Source of the DNA: an uncultured bacterium
Lineage (GTDB): Bacteria > Bipolaricaulota > Bipolaricaulia > UBA7950 > UBA9294
DNA: 64,000 nt
Reading direction: 5' to 3'
Assembly: GCA_965370555.1 (NCBI GenBank)
Contig: CBDUVB010000004.1
Location: 15,269-79,268, forward strand
Made by a program: the position numbers and the translations under genes
Part shown: positions 24,380-33,682 of the stretch, in pieces
Position numbering within the stretch: the first letter of the stretch is position 1
Layout: every line of letters begins with the position of its first letter
The notes under the pieces: generated by a model
Told to the model about the DNA's origin: nothing
The model's input: only the letters and a program-made list of their open reading frames with translations
Databases searched by the model: none

Positions 24380-25423
24380 CTACAGCGCCTCAACCGCTGC
24401 TAGATCGACGTTCTCTTTGACTAACCGAGTGATGATCTCGATCTTCTTGTCGTCATCCTTGGTCAACAGTGGTTCCAACTTGTCTACCTGCATTGCCGTG
24501 GCGTAAGTGTCGGTCGGGACAAGTAGGACGGGGATCTTCAGCTCACTCGCTTTGGCGGTGACGTTCGCTGGTGGGACGATGTTGTTCGTGAGGACGATGC
24601 ACGAGGTTCCACCGGCTTCCAGCGCAGCGATGATCATGTCGCTTCGATCTCCGCTCGTGATGATCAGCTTGTCAGGCTTAGCGAATATCGGCTCGGCCTG
24701 AGCAGCACTAACCGACATCGCCCCAACGAAGACGTTGCGAATCAAGCGGTTCAACCCGTCTTCCCCGGCGATCACCCGCGCAAAGAGCTTCTCCGCCAGG
24801 TAGCTCACTGAGAGGGTGGTCAACTCCTTCTCGTACGGGATGACCCCAAGAACGTTCACCCCGAGGGACTCGATCTCCGGGAGGTAGGTCTCCTTGAAGT
24901 CGTCGATCTTGATGACCTTGTTGATGATCACTCCGCCGACGTGTGCCTCATCGGACCCGACAAACCGCTTCAAAAAGGCGAGATCATCGGCGATGTCATT
25001 CTTAGATCCTCCGGTGATGATGAGGACCTGGTGCCCGGTCGCCTGAGAGAGGGTGAGCGGATCGAGGTGCACGGACGCCCCATAGGAGAGGTCCTTTCCG
25101 CACTCGATGAACAGCGCTTCCTTGTTCTTCTCCATCTCCGCTATCACCTGTTTCATCTCGTGGGTGATCGACTCCTCGTCGTACATGTAGCGGAGCTTGG
25201 AGTGGTCGAACCCGATCGAGATCCTCTCCGGCTCTTCACCGAGATCGAACAGGTTCACCATCAGGGCCGCGTCGTAATCCCACAGTCGCTTCTTCCGATA
25301 CAAGAACCGATCCCCCAACGGTTTTATGTAGCCGAACTTCTTGTTGAGTGCCCTTCCTATACCGATCAACACGCTCGTCTTTCCAGCACTTTCCCGCGTT
25401 GAGGCAACGATTAGCGAGCCCAT
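24380..25423 (-). CDS. Stand-alone phosphotransacetylase N-terminal-like protein (P-loop/CobQ-like plus DRTGG domain)
   Basis: MGSLIVASTRESAGKTSVLIGIG (P-loop-like), then a ...IITSGDRSDMIIAALEAGGTSCIVLTNN (DRTGG-type) segment. No Pta catalytic (PTA_PTB) domain. The ATG at 25423 lies 1 nt after the ACD stop, with ggaggtggag upstream. Confidence 0.75.
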   Translation of the reverse strand: MGSLIVASTRESAGKTSVLIGIGRALNKKFGYIKPLGDRFLYRKKRLWDYDAALMVNLFDLGEEPERISIGFDHSKLRYMYDEESITHEMKQVIAEMEKNKEALFIECGKDLSYGASVHLDPLTLSQATGHQVLIITGGSKNDIADDLAFLKRFVGSDEAHVGGVIINKVIKIDDFKETYLPEIESLGVNVLGVIPYEKELTTLSVSYLAEKLFARVIAGEDGLNRLIRNVFVGAMSVSAAQAEPIFAKPDKLIITSGDRSDMIIAALEAGGTSCIVLTNNIVPPANVTAKASELKIPVLLVPTDTYATAMQVDKLEPLLTKDDDKKIEIITRLVKENVDLAAVEAL

Positions 25424-25424
25424 A

Positions 25425-27548
25425 TCACTCCACCTCCCTCTGGTCCTTAAACAGAATTCTGACATCCACTGCCTTCACCCCGTCCCCGTGATCATAGACG
25501 ACCAGAGGGTTAATCTCGATATCGGTGATGTCGCGACAGCGGTCGATCAGGTTACTCAACCTGATCACTACCTCGACGATGCCGTCGATATCCTTGCGCT
25601 TCTCCCCGCGTACACCTAAGAGGAGCGGGTAGGAACGAATGTCGGCAACCATTGCGTGCGCCTCTTTGTGGCCGATCGGGGCGGCGCGGAAGGCGACGTC
25701 CTTCATCACCTCCACGTATATCCCGCCGAGGCCGAACATCACAATAGGACCGAACGACCCGTCTTGACGTGCGCCGATGATCGTTTCCACACCGGGACGC
25801 ACCATCTCCATAACCTCAATCCCCTCGATCAGCGCATCCTTCCTGTAAGCGCGGCAACTTCGCATGATCGCCTGGTAGGCGTCGATCACTTCCCCCTCAT
25901 TCAACAGGTCGAGGGCAACTCCACCGGCGTCACTCTTGTGGATGATATCCTTGGAGACGACCTTCATCACCACGGGGTAGCCGATCTTCTCCGCAGCCTG
26001 CACCGCTTCGTCGAGATCGTGCGCGATGATCGACTGCGGCATAGAAAGGCCGAGGATCTTCGCCATATGCTGCGCTTCGTCAGCGAGGAGGAATCGGCGG
26101 TCGTCGTGGCGGGCCCGTTCGAGGAGCGTCTCTACCGCAGCGACATCGATCTCAATCTCTTCATCCTTCTCCACAGGCGCGTTCAGGCGCTCCCAGGACC
26201 GGTAGAGAACACCCAAGCAGGAGACGGCATCGTAAATATCGGAGAAGACAGGAATCCCTTCGTTCCGCAGCTTACGGATGATTGCCTCAACCTTAGCCCC
26301 GCCGAAGAGGGAGAAGACGATCGGCTTCTTCCCACGATAGCGCGCGTATTCCTTCTTCAGAAGCCGGGCGAACTCCTCTGTATCGAAGAGAGCGGTCTCG
26401 CAGTAGAGGGCGAGTGTAGCGTGCATCTCATCACTCGCGAGCGCCGCTTCTATGGCGTCCTCGTAGTCCTGCACCGTGGCCTGCCCGGTCAGGTCGACCG
26501 GATTTTTCGATGAGCCGAAGTCCGGCATTACCCCGGAGAACGTCTCTTTCAGCCTCTTCTGGTCGTCGTAGAGGGCAACCCCGTACTTCTCACAGGCATC
26601 GGTCGCCATCACCCCGATCCCACCGCCATTCGTAATGATGACGGCCTCTTTCCCGCTAGGAAGAGGAGAATCGGCGAGGAAGCGCGCCCAGTTGAACGCC
26701 TCTTGCACGCTCTCCGCACGTAAGACGCCGCATTGGCGCATCACGCTATCGAAGATCTCGTCTGCTCCGGCGAGCGATCCGGTGTGCGATGCAGCGGCCA
26801 TCGCCCCACGTTTCGACCGGCCGGACTTAATGACGATCACGTGCTTCTCCCGCGTCACCTTCGTCAGCGTATCCACGAGGCGATCACCACCCTTCACCCC
26901 CTCGATGTAGAGGAGGATTACCTGGGTCACCTCGTCATGGGCCAAGTACTCCAACAGGTCAGACTCGTCGATATCGGACTTGTTCCCCACCGAGACGAGC
27001 GCGGAGAGGCCGAGCGATTCAGCTGCGGTCTTCCCGATCATCGCAATTCCCAATGCCCCGCTCTGGGTGACGATCGCCACGTGCCCGGGGAGGATACCGC
27101 CTGGCCCAAAGGTCGCATCGAGCGAGACTGCCGCGGAGTAGATCCCGAAGATGTTCGGCCCGAGGACCCGCATCCCGTGCTCGCGGGCGTAGCGGACGAT
27201 CTGCTTCTCTTCCTCAGGCTTTCCTACCTCGGAGAAGCCTGAGGTGATAATCGCTAGGTACTTCACGCCCTTCTCTGCACAATCTTTCACGGCATCGAAG
27301 ACGTGTTTCGCCGGGATGGCGATCACCGCTAGATCGACCTCACTAGGGATACGGGAGAGGTCGGGATAGATCTCGTTTCCCAACACTTCGTCCCCCTTCG
27401 GATTCACGGGGTAGATCTCCCCCTGATACCCACAAGAGACGATGTTCTCCACGATTCGATAGCCGATCTTGGTCTTATTCTGCGAAGCCCCGATCACAGC
27501 GACCGACCGTGGCTCGAACAGATAGTCAATATCAGACTTCGTTCTCAT
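25425..27548 (-). CDS. Acetyl-CoA synthetase (ADP-forming), fused alpha-beta type (acetate--CoA ligase, ACD)
   Basis: N-terminal CoA-binding domain (PRSVAVIGASQNKTKIGY), succinyl-CoA-synthetase-like ligase domain (HTGSLAG phospho-His loop) and a C-terminal ATP-grasp domain. 707 aa. Confidence 0.9.
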   Translation of the reverse strand: MRTKSDIDYLFEPRSVAVIGASQNKTKIGYRIVENIVSCGYQGEIYPVNPKGDEVLGNEIYPDLSRIPSEVDLAVIAIPAKHVFDAVKDCAEKGVKYLAIITSGFSEVGKPEEEKQIVRYAREHGMRVLGPNIFGIYSAAVSLDATFGPGGILPGHVAIVTQSGALGIAMIGKTAAESLGLSALVSVGNKSDIDESDLLEYLAHDEVTQVILLYIEGVKGGDRLVDTLTKVTREKHVIVIKSGRSKRGAMAAASHTGSLAGADEIFDSVMRQCGVLRAESVQEAFNWARFLADSPLPSGKEAVIITNGGGIGVMATDACEKYGVALYDDQKRLKETFSGVMPDFGSSKNPVDLTGQATVQDYEDAIEAALASDEMHATLALYCETALFDTEEFARLLKKEYARYRGKKPIVFSLFGGAKVEAIIRKLRNEGIPVFSDIYDAVSCLGVLYRSWERLNAPVEKDEEIEIDVAAVETLLERARHDDRRFLLADEAQHMAKILGLSMPQSIIAHDLDEAVQAAEKIGYPVVMKVVSKDIIHKSDAGGVALDLLNEGEVIDAYQAIMRSCRAYRKDALIEGIEVMEMVRPGVETIIGARQDGSFGPIVMFGLGGIYVEVMKDVAFRAAPIGHKEAHAMVADIRSYPLLLGVRGEKRKDIDGIVEVVIRLSNLIDRCRDITDIEINPLVVYDHGDGVKAVDVRILFKDQREVE

Positions 27549-27630
27549 CGCACCACCTAACAGCTTGTTGTGTAAATCTTCAGCGCCAGTCTACAAATCC
27601 AAATCCTATTCTCTATCATCTTACCGCCTC

Positions 27631-27670
27631 GGGGGGTGTAGTATGTGGAGAAGGATTTACTACACCCCCC
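27631..27670. other. 12-bp GC-rich hairpin between the CoA-transferase-GNAT gene and ACD
   Basis: ggggggtgtagt-(16 nt)-actacacccccc. Confidence 0.6.
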
Positions 27671-27712
27671 AGGGGCGCTGAAGCATTGAGAGATCGGAAG
27701 ATTGGGAGCTTC

Positions 27713-27760
27713 CCTCAATCACTCAATCATTCAATCATTCACTCACTCAATCATTCACCC
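27713..27760 (-). repeat. 8-nt-period tandem repeat element, copy 3 (six units)
   Basis: The minus strand reads gggtgaat gattgagt gagtgaat gattgaat gattgagt gattgagg. It begins ~10 nt after the stop of 27771..29660. Confidence 0.85.
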
Positions 27761-27770
27761 TAAGTATCGC

Positions 27771-29660
27771 TCAGAACAGCATCCTCAATTCATAGGCGCC
27801 CGCCTCCCGCCTCTTCTCGATCGCAAACCCGCCCTTCTCGAACAGGTGGAGCATCGGCTGGTTGTCCACAAGGACTTCGGCGGAGAAACCGAGCAACCCC
27901 TTTCGTTTCGCCAGGTATGTCAAATAGGTGAGGAGCGCTGTCCCCACCCCTTGGTTCTGATAATCGTCGCGCACCACGAGGGCGACCTCTGCCGTGTGTG
28001 ATGCCTCATCGATTCCGTACTGTCCCACTCCGATCACAATCGATCGCTCCTCCTGCTCGATCACCGCTAGGATGACCATCTCCTGTGTGTAGTCGATGAC
28101 AACGAACTCCTGCAGACGCTCGTGCGGCATGTCCTTCCGCGTGGAGATGAACCGGCGGTAGATCGATTGATCAGAGAGGGAGTAGAAGAAATCCTTGAGC
28201 AGTGGCTCGTCGCTGAACCGTACCGGTCGCAGTAGGATCTCCATACCCCCCGTCGTTGTACGGTAGGTCTCCAGCGATTCGGGGTACTGCCCGTGCTCTC
28301 CGGGGATATAGGCTTGATCTTTGTAGATCAGGTTGAGTTTCTTTGCCTCACGCAGGAGCCACGGCTTGAACTTGGGGTGAGCAATCCCGATCAGCTCCAT
28401 CGCCCGCTCTCGCATGTTCTTCCCGTGGAGGTACGCGATCCCGTACTCGGTCACCACGTAATGAACGTCGCCGCGGGTGAGGGTCACGCCTGCCCCCTCG
28501 CTCAGCGTGGGAACGATACGAGAGATCTCACCGTTCTTTGCCGTCGATTGAATGACGAGGATCGATTTGCCGTGAGGAGCCATCACCGCCCCCCTCATAA
28601 AGTCGGCCTGCCCACCGATACCGCTGTAGAAGGTGCTCCCAATTGACTCAGCCGTTGCCTGTCCGGTCAGATCGATCTCGAGCGCGGTATTGATCGCGGT
28701 CATCTTCGAGTTCTGTGCGATGACCATAGGACTGTTCGTGTACTCGACCGGACGGAACTCGATCGCCGGGTTATCGGAGAGGTACTCGTAAGTCTCACGC
28801 TTCCCCATACAGAAGGTTGCCACGGTCTTGTTACGATCGATCGCCTTCTTCGTATTGTCTATAACGCCCTCTTTCATCAGCTCAACGATCCCATCACTCA
28901 CAAGCTCGGTGTGCACTCCGAGGTGTCTCTTTCCTTTCAGATTCTTGAGAATTGCATTCGGAATCTTTCCATATCCCACCTGAATGGTCGCCCCGTCCTC
29001 TACCAATCGGGCAACGTACTTGCCGATCTGATGAGATATCTCATCGGGGACTTCCATCTCATACTCAAGGAGCGGTTCATCGTGAGGAAAGATGTAGTTC
29101 ACATCGCTGATGTGGATGAAGCTGTCTCCGTGTATTCGCGGCATCTGTTCGTTCACCTGGCAGATGACGAGCTTGGCGCTGTCAACAGCGGCACGAACGA
29201 TATCCACACTGATCCCCAGGCTCATGTAACCGAAGCGATCCGGGGGAGAGGTTTGAACCAACGCGATATCGATCGGAACGACACCACTGTAGAAGAGGTC
29301 TGGAACCTGAGCGAGGAAGATCGCTGTGTAGTCGGCCAACCCCTGGTTGACCGCATCGCGCGTTTGGCCGCTGATGAAGAAGGAATCGAGGCGAAAGTTG
29401 CGTTTGACCTCCTCGCGCATGTACGGGGAGACGCCGAGCGTCCACAGGTGGAGCACCTCCGCGTCGAAGAACGCCTTGGGGTGAGCCTCCACGAAGCGCA
29501 CCATCTCATCCACGAGGTACTGTGGCTTCCCGCAGCCAGTCCCGATGAAAATCCGATCCCCGCGATGAATCTTGGAGAAGGCGACTTCAGGAGAAGCGAA
29601 CTTCTCTGGGTACACTTCCTTCAGGCGCGTCAGGGTCGTCTCTATACTGCTATCCCTCAT
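27771..29660 (-). CDS. Acetyl-CoA hydrolase/transferase family protein fused to a C-terminal GNAT acetyltransferase domain
   Basis: The N-terminal ~450 aa are typical of AcetylCoA_hydro/4-hydroxybutyrate CoA-transferase (GDRIFIGTGCGKPQ...). The C-terminal ~150 aa form a GNAT fold (VRDDYQNQGVGTALLTYL). Confidence 0.85.
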   Translation of the reverse strand: MRDSSIETTLTRLKEVYPEKFASPEVAFSKIHRGDRIFIGTGCGKPQYLVDEMVRFVEAHPKAFFDAEVLHLWTLGVSPYMREEVKRNFRLDSFFISGQTRDAVNQGLADYTAIFLAQVPDLFYSGVVPIDIALVQTSPPDRFGYMSLGISVDIVRAAVDSAKLVICQVNEQMPRIHGDSFIHISDVNYIFPHDEPLLEYEMEVPDEISHQIGKYVARLVEDGATIQVGYGKIPNAILKNLKGKRHLGVHTELVSDGIVELMKEGVIDNTKKAIDRNKTVATFCMGKRETYEYLSDNPAIEFRPVEYTNSPMVIAQNSKMTAINTALEIDLTGQATAESIGSTFYSGIGGQADFMRGAVMAPHGKSILVIQSTAKNGEISRIVPTLSEGAGVTLTRGDVHYVVTEYGIAYLHGKNMRERAMELIGIAHPKFKPWLLREAKKLNLIYKDQAYIPGEHGQYPESLETYRTTTGGMEILLRPVRFSDEPLLKDFFYSLSDQSIYRRFISTRKDMPHERLQEFVVIDYTQEMVILAVIEQEERSIVIGVGQYGIDEASHTAEVALVVRDDYQNQGVGTALLTYLTYLAKRKGLLGFSAEVLVDNQPMLHLFEKGGFAIEKRREAGAYELRMLF

Positions 29661-30013
29661 CCTTCCCCTTCCTCACAAAACGACCGTGGCAAGGGAAGCT
29701 CCCTCTTCACTCGGCCTCTGTCGCGATGGTCGACCCCCGCCTTGTGATTCCATAGACGGGCCCCCATTCTGCGGCAATCTCGCTCCGAACGCAACCATTT
29801 CACAGGCAGCCGGTCACCGCTCCGAGCACTACCCGCGCCGCCATTGATACCGGATGAGTACAGGCTCTTTGGCTGATAGAGGAAAAGGTACGGTTCATCA
29901 CTTTGCCTCCCCGTCCCTCCCCCTATTATGTCGCGCTCCCAACTCCCTACAAAAAACGCCCCGTCTTGTGCTATAGTGGATTATCACTTCCATCATCGAC
30001 AAAAGGAGTCTTC

Positions 30014-30682
30014 GTGAAACGTATCTTCTACATCCTCGCGATCCTCATCTTGCTTACTCTCCCCGCTTACGGAGAGGCCTCCCTATCGGGAAGCGGAGAC
30101 TTCTCCGGAAGAGCAATCCTCTCGTTCTTGGGAACGAGCGTCACTGCAACATTAACCGCGGAGATCTCCCTATCCGGAACGTTAACCGATTGCGGGGAGG
30201 CGATCCCGTTCACCGCCAGCGGGACGATCGGTGGGACTGCAACCGGTAACAGTGAAACCCTCGCCGGCATAGCCTGGGCGACTCTCACTGCTCGCGGCAC
30301 CCTCCAGACAGGAGAAGCGATAGATATCCGCGGGGGATTCACCATAGATAGCAACGACCTCTCCCCCATTAGTACGACTGCAGGAACGGGAACCGGAAGC
30401 CTATACCTCGTGATTCGCACGCGCGGAATGATGCTCAAACTCACGGGACAGATCGAAGGGTCGGCAAGCGGGAGCTTCGTCATCCCGGAGGATCCACACA
30501 CAATGGAAGTTGCAGGCTCAGGAACGATGCGCTTCGAAGCCACCTCCCTCACCCCTCCCAAGGAGGATGTTTCCTCCGATCTCGAAGAGGAGGAAGACCC
30601 ACTCCCGTGGGATCTCTCCACGTGGCCAGAGGAGATGTCATCGCGCCTCTTGCACCTGCTTGAGGAGCATCCCCCTGAATAA
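30014..30682 (+). CDS. Secreted hypothetical protein (Gly/Thr/Ser-rich, acidic C-terminus)
   Basis: GTG at 30014 with aaggag 7 nt upstream gives VKRIFYILAILILLTLPAYG, a signal peptide. The remainder has no recognised domain. Confidence 0.6.
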   Translation: MKRIFYILAILILLTLPAYGEASLSGSGDFSGRAILSFLGTSVTATLTAEISLSGTLTDCGEAIPFTASGTIGGTATGNSETLAGIAWATLTARGTLQTGEAIDIRGGFTIDSNDLSPISTTAGTGTGSLYLVIRTRGMMLKLTGQIEGSASGSFVIPEDPHTMEVAGSGTMRFEATSLTPPKEDVSSDLEEEEDPLPWDLSTWPEEMSSRLLHLLEEHPPE

Positions 30683-30925
30683 CGCTCCTCGGACAAGTTG
30701 CCTGTCGTTGGTTCCCCACTCTTTCACTGCGTGCAATCTCCATGCAAAGCCCACCCTTGCGGTAGAGCAGTGATACATCAGAGAGCCGGAACTTTTCTTG
30801 AGTTCCTGGATTCCTAATGATCTCAAAGGGTTGTGCGCTAGTTACTAGAAGCGGATAGAATCCCGACAGTCGTTGTCGCGATGTGAGCGACAGCGTGCAC
30901 ATTTTGTGGAACGAGGGAGTGAGTT

Positions 30926-32077
30926 ATGCGAATCTTGGTGCTTGGCGCGGGGATGATGGGACGGGCGATCGCCTACGATCTTACGCGTCGCGTGGGGATC
31001 GATGAGATCATCCTTGCCGATCGCGATCGTACGCTGGCGGAGGAGGTCACCGATTGGCTACGCGATCGACGGGTGACGCCCCGCCATCTCGACGTGAGCG
31101 CACCGCGAGCGGTGCGTGAAACAATGAAGGGATGCACCGTCGCTGTGAGTGCTGTTCCGTACTTCTTCAACCTATCTCTGGCAAAGGCAGCTATAGAGAG
31201 CAAGACCCACTTTTGCGATCTCGGGGGGAACAACCGTGTCGTCGCCGGCGAGCTTGCGCTCGATAGTATGGCAAAGGGAAAAGGGGTGACGGTGATCCCC
31301 GACTGCGGCCTCGCCCCAGGTCTCGTCAATATCCTCACCGCGGCGGCGATCGAGGACCTCGAAACGGTGGATCGGGTGACGATCCGTGTCGGTGGACTCC
31401 CGCAGCATCCGCACCCACCGCTCGATTACCAGATAGTCTTCTCCCCCCACGGCTTGGTGAACGAGTACATGGAGCCGGCTACGATCCTCCGCAACGGGGA
31501 GATCATCGAGGTCCCTTCCCTCACCGGCCACGAGGAGATCTCCTTTCCCGCCCCATACGAGCACCTCGAAGCGTTCCACACCTCTGGCGGAAGCTCGACC
31601 CTTCCGCAGACCATGCACGATCGAGTGCAGAACCTCGACTACAAAACGATCCGCTATCCCGGGCATATGGAGAAGGCGAGCGCGATGGCTGAGCTGGGCT
31701 TCTTCGACACCGTTCCAAGGTCGATCGACGGAATCGACGTCGTCCCACGCGAGCTCGCGGTGCACCTACTAGCCGAGAAGCTGTCGTACGATGAGCCGGA
31801 TGTCGTCGTCCTGCGCGTGAACACATTCGGTACATTCGAAGGGCGCCCGCGCGAGGTACGCTACCAGATGATTGACCTCTACGACGAAGAGACCGGCCTT
31901 TCCGCGATGATGCGCACGACCGGTTTCCCCATCGCGCAGATTGCGTACATGCTCGCGACCGAGCACATCTCTCAGCGTGGCTCCCTCCCACAAGAGGTTT
32001 GCGTCCCCTCACAACCCTTCCTCGCTGGGCTGCAAGAGAGGGGCCTGGCAATCGAAAAGACGGTGCATGAGGGATGA
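30926..32077 (+). CDS. Saccharopine dehydrogenase family NAD(P)-binding protein
   Basis: MRILVLGAGMMGRAIAYDL Rossmann N-terminus. Overall length and pattern are typical of the Sacchrp_dh N and C domains. Confidence 0.8.
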   Translation: MRILVLGAGMMGRAIAYDLTRRVGIDEIILADRDRTLAEEVTDWLRDRRVTPRHLDVSAPRAVRETMKGCTVAVSAVPYFFNLSLAKAAIESKTHFCDLGGNNRVVAGELALDSMAKGKGVTVIPDCGLAPGLVNILTAAAIEDLETVDRVTIRVGGLPQHPHPPLDYQIVFSPHGLVNEYMEPATILRNGEIIEVPSLTGHEEISFPAPYEHLEAFHTSGGSSTLPQTMHDRVQNLDYKTIRYPGHMEKASAMAELGFFDTVPRSIDGIDVVPRELAVHLLAEKLSYDEPDVVVLRVNTFGTFEGRPREVRYQMIDLYDEETGLSAMMRTTGFPIAQIAYMLATEHISQRGSLPQEVCVPSQPFLAGLQERGLAIEKTVHEG

Positions 32078-32733
32078 AACCGCTCATCGGATTTGACATG
32101 GACGGAGTCATCATCGACTCCGAGGATTTCAGCGAAGCCAACTGGATTGCCACTGCATTCATGAATACCTTAGCCGAATTCGGGATCCCCAAGAGTGAGG
32201 AGAATGCCCGCAGCCTCTACGTCAAGAACATGCGTGAGAACTCCGCAGCCTTCTGCCAGAGGTTTGGAATCGACGTTCCGCACCTTTTGTGGGAGCGCCG
32301 TGAAGCGCACTATGTCGCGGAGAAGTTTGCCGCACTGGAGGCGGGACAGATCCACCTCTACCAGGATGTCTCCGCCCTCGAGGGGCTCAGTCGCAACTAT
32401 TCCTTGGGCCTGGTCAGCAACTCTCCACAAACCGTGGTCGATCGCGTCATCGCCCACTTCTCGTTGGAGGGGCTATTCCGCGTGTGGATCGGCCGCGGGA
32501 GCGCCCTCGCGGACCTACATCGCGCCAAGCCAGCCCCGGATATGTTGAACGAAATGAAGACCCTTATAGGAACGGATCAAGGCTACTACGTAGGGGACCA
32601 GCCCGACGACGCCGAGGCCGCCCGCGCTGCATCGCTCTACCCGATCACTCTGCGCCGCAGTGATGGAAAGTGCGACATTACCAGCCTTCTCGAGTTAGAA
32701 GCCTTCTTGGAACATCGTGAAGAGCATCAGTAA
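32074..32733 (+). CDS. HAD-IA family hydrolase (phosphatase)
   Basis: FDMDGVIIDSE motif I, VSNS motif II and GDQPDD motif IV. ATGA overlap with the upstream gene. Confidence 0.8.
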   Translation: MKPLIGFDMDGVIIDSEDFSEANWIATAFMNTLAEFGIPKSEENARSLYVKNMRENSAAFCQRFGIDVPHLLWERREAHYVAEKFAALEAGQIHLYQDVSALEGLSRNYSLGLVSNSPQTVVDRVIAHFSLEGLFRVWIGRGSALADLHRAKPAPDMLNEMKTLIGTDQGYYVGDQPDDAEAARAASLYPITLRRSDGKCDITSLLELEAFLEHREEHQ

Positions 32734-32882
32734 TCAAAGAATTGGCTGTGAACACCGATGAACCTGCCAAAGGCCGTCTTGTGTAATCCCCGCAAAGACA
32801 GCGCCCCCGTTATTCAGAACGCCTCCCGAAACGTAGTATATACCTACGTTCACCCCAATATCCCCTATCCTCCTGGCAAACC

Positions 32883-33668
32883 TTAATCCGAAAAGAGAAT
32901 CGGCCCAAGCTCAGAGAGGTCGCGGATGACGTAAGTGGGATGGATCCCTTTCCGGATCATCTCTTCTCGGGTCGACACGCCCGTCAGAACGAGAACGGAA
33001 TCTACTCCGATGTTCTGTGCGCCAACGATATCGGTTTCGAGATGATCGCCAACCATCAGACAATCCAGTCCGATATGCATTCCTCGTAGTGACAAGGCCT
33101 TCTCCACCGCCCACCTGTCGGGCTTCCCGCAGTATTGCTCGGGCTCAAAGCCCATCCCGCGAAAGGCGCCGACGATCGCTCCGGCAGCTGGGTAGACCCT
33201 TTCCTCTCTCGGATAGACCGCATCAGTGTTCGTGGCGATGAACCTAGCACCATTACGAAGTGCAAAAAGCCCCTGGGCAAGCTTGTCGTAGGTAAGCTCC
33301 ATGTCTACCCCGACAACAACGAACTGCGCCTCTTCCGCCGTGACCAAGCGATGCCCTGCCGCCTGTAACGCTCTTGGGAGGTCTCCCGAGTTAAGCACGA
33401 ATATCGACGCATTCTGCTGTAGTGATGATACGTATTCCACTGTTATAGTTACTGAACTGATTACTTCGTCGTTACTTGCATCGAAGCCGAGCGTGCGAAG
33501 TCGCTGGGCTAGAGCGGTCGCGGACTGATTCCCATTGTTTGAAAGGAACAACAGATCAGCCCGGCTCTTGAGGTGATTGATAGTCTCTACCGCAGACGGG
33601 ATAGAAGATCGCCCACGGTAGAGCGTGCCATCCAGATCGAAAACGAGCTTAGAGTATCTGCTCTTCAT
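32883..33668 (-). CDS. HAD-IIA family hydrolase (NagD-like sugar phosphatase)
   Basis: The ATG at 33668 gives MKSRYSKLVFDLDGTLYRG..., with later LSNN and GDHLETDI motifs. Confidence 0.8.
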   Translation of the reverse strand: MKSRYSKLVFDLDGTLYRGRSSIPSAVETINHLKSRADLLFLSNNGNQSATALAQRLRTLGFDASNDEVISSVTITVEYVSSLQQNASIFVLNSGDLPRALQAAGHRLVTAEEAQFVVVGVDMELTYDKLAQGLFALRNGARFIATNTDAVYPREERVYPAAGAIVGAFRGMGFEPEQYCGKPDRWAVEKALSLRGMHIGLDCLMVGDHLETDIVGAQNIGVDSVLVLTGVSTREEMIRKGIHPTYVIRDLSELGPILFSD

Positions 33669-33682
33669 TACGGGATTGCGCC

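Noticed and set aside
25656-26513. 285-aa plus-strand ORF antisense to ACD; similarly 28911..29747 (278 aa) antisense to the CoA-transferase-GNAT gene, 31521..32192 (223 aa) antisense to the saccharopine dehydrogenase-family gene, and 45750..46412 (220 aa) antisense to the LarA-like gene
   Set aside because: All lie inside strongly supported genes on the opposite strand and have Arg/His/Gly/Pro-biased low-complexity translations. These are the long spurious antisense ORFs expected in GC-rich DNA.
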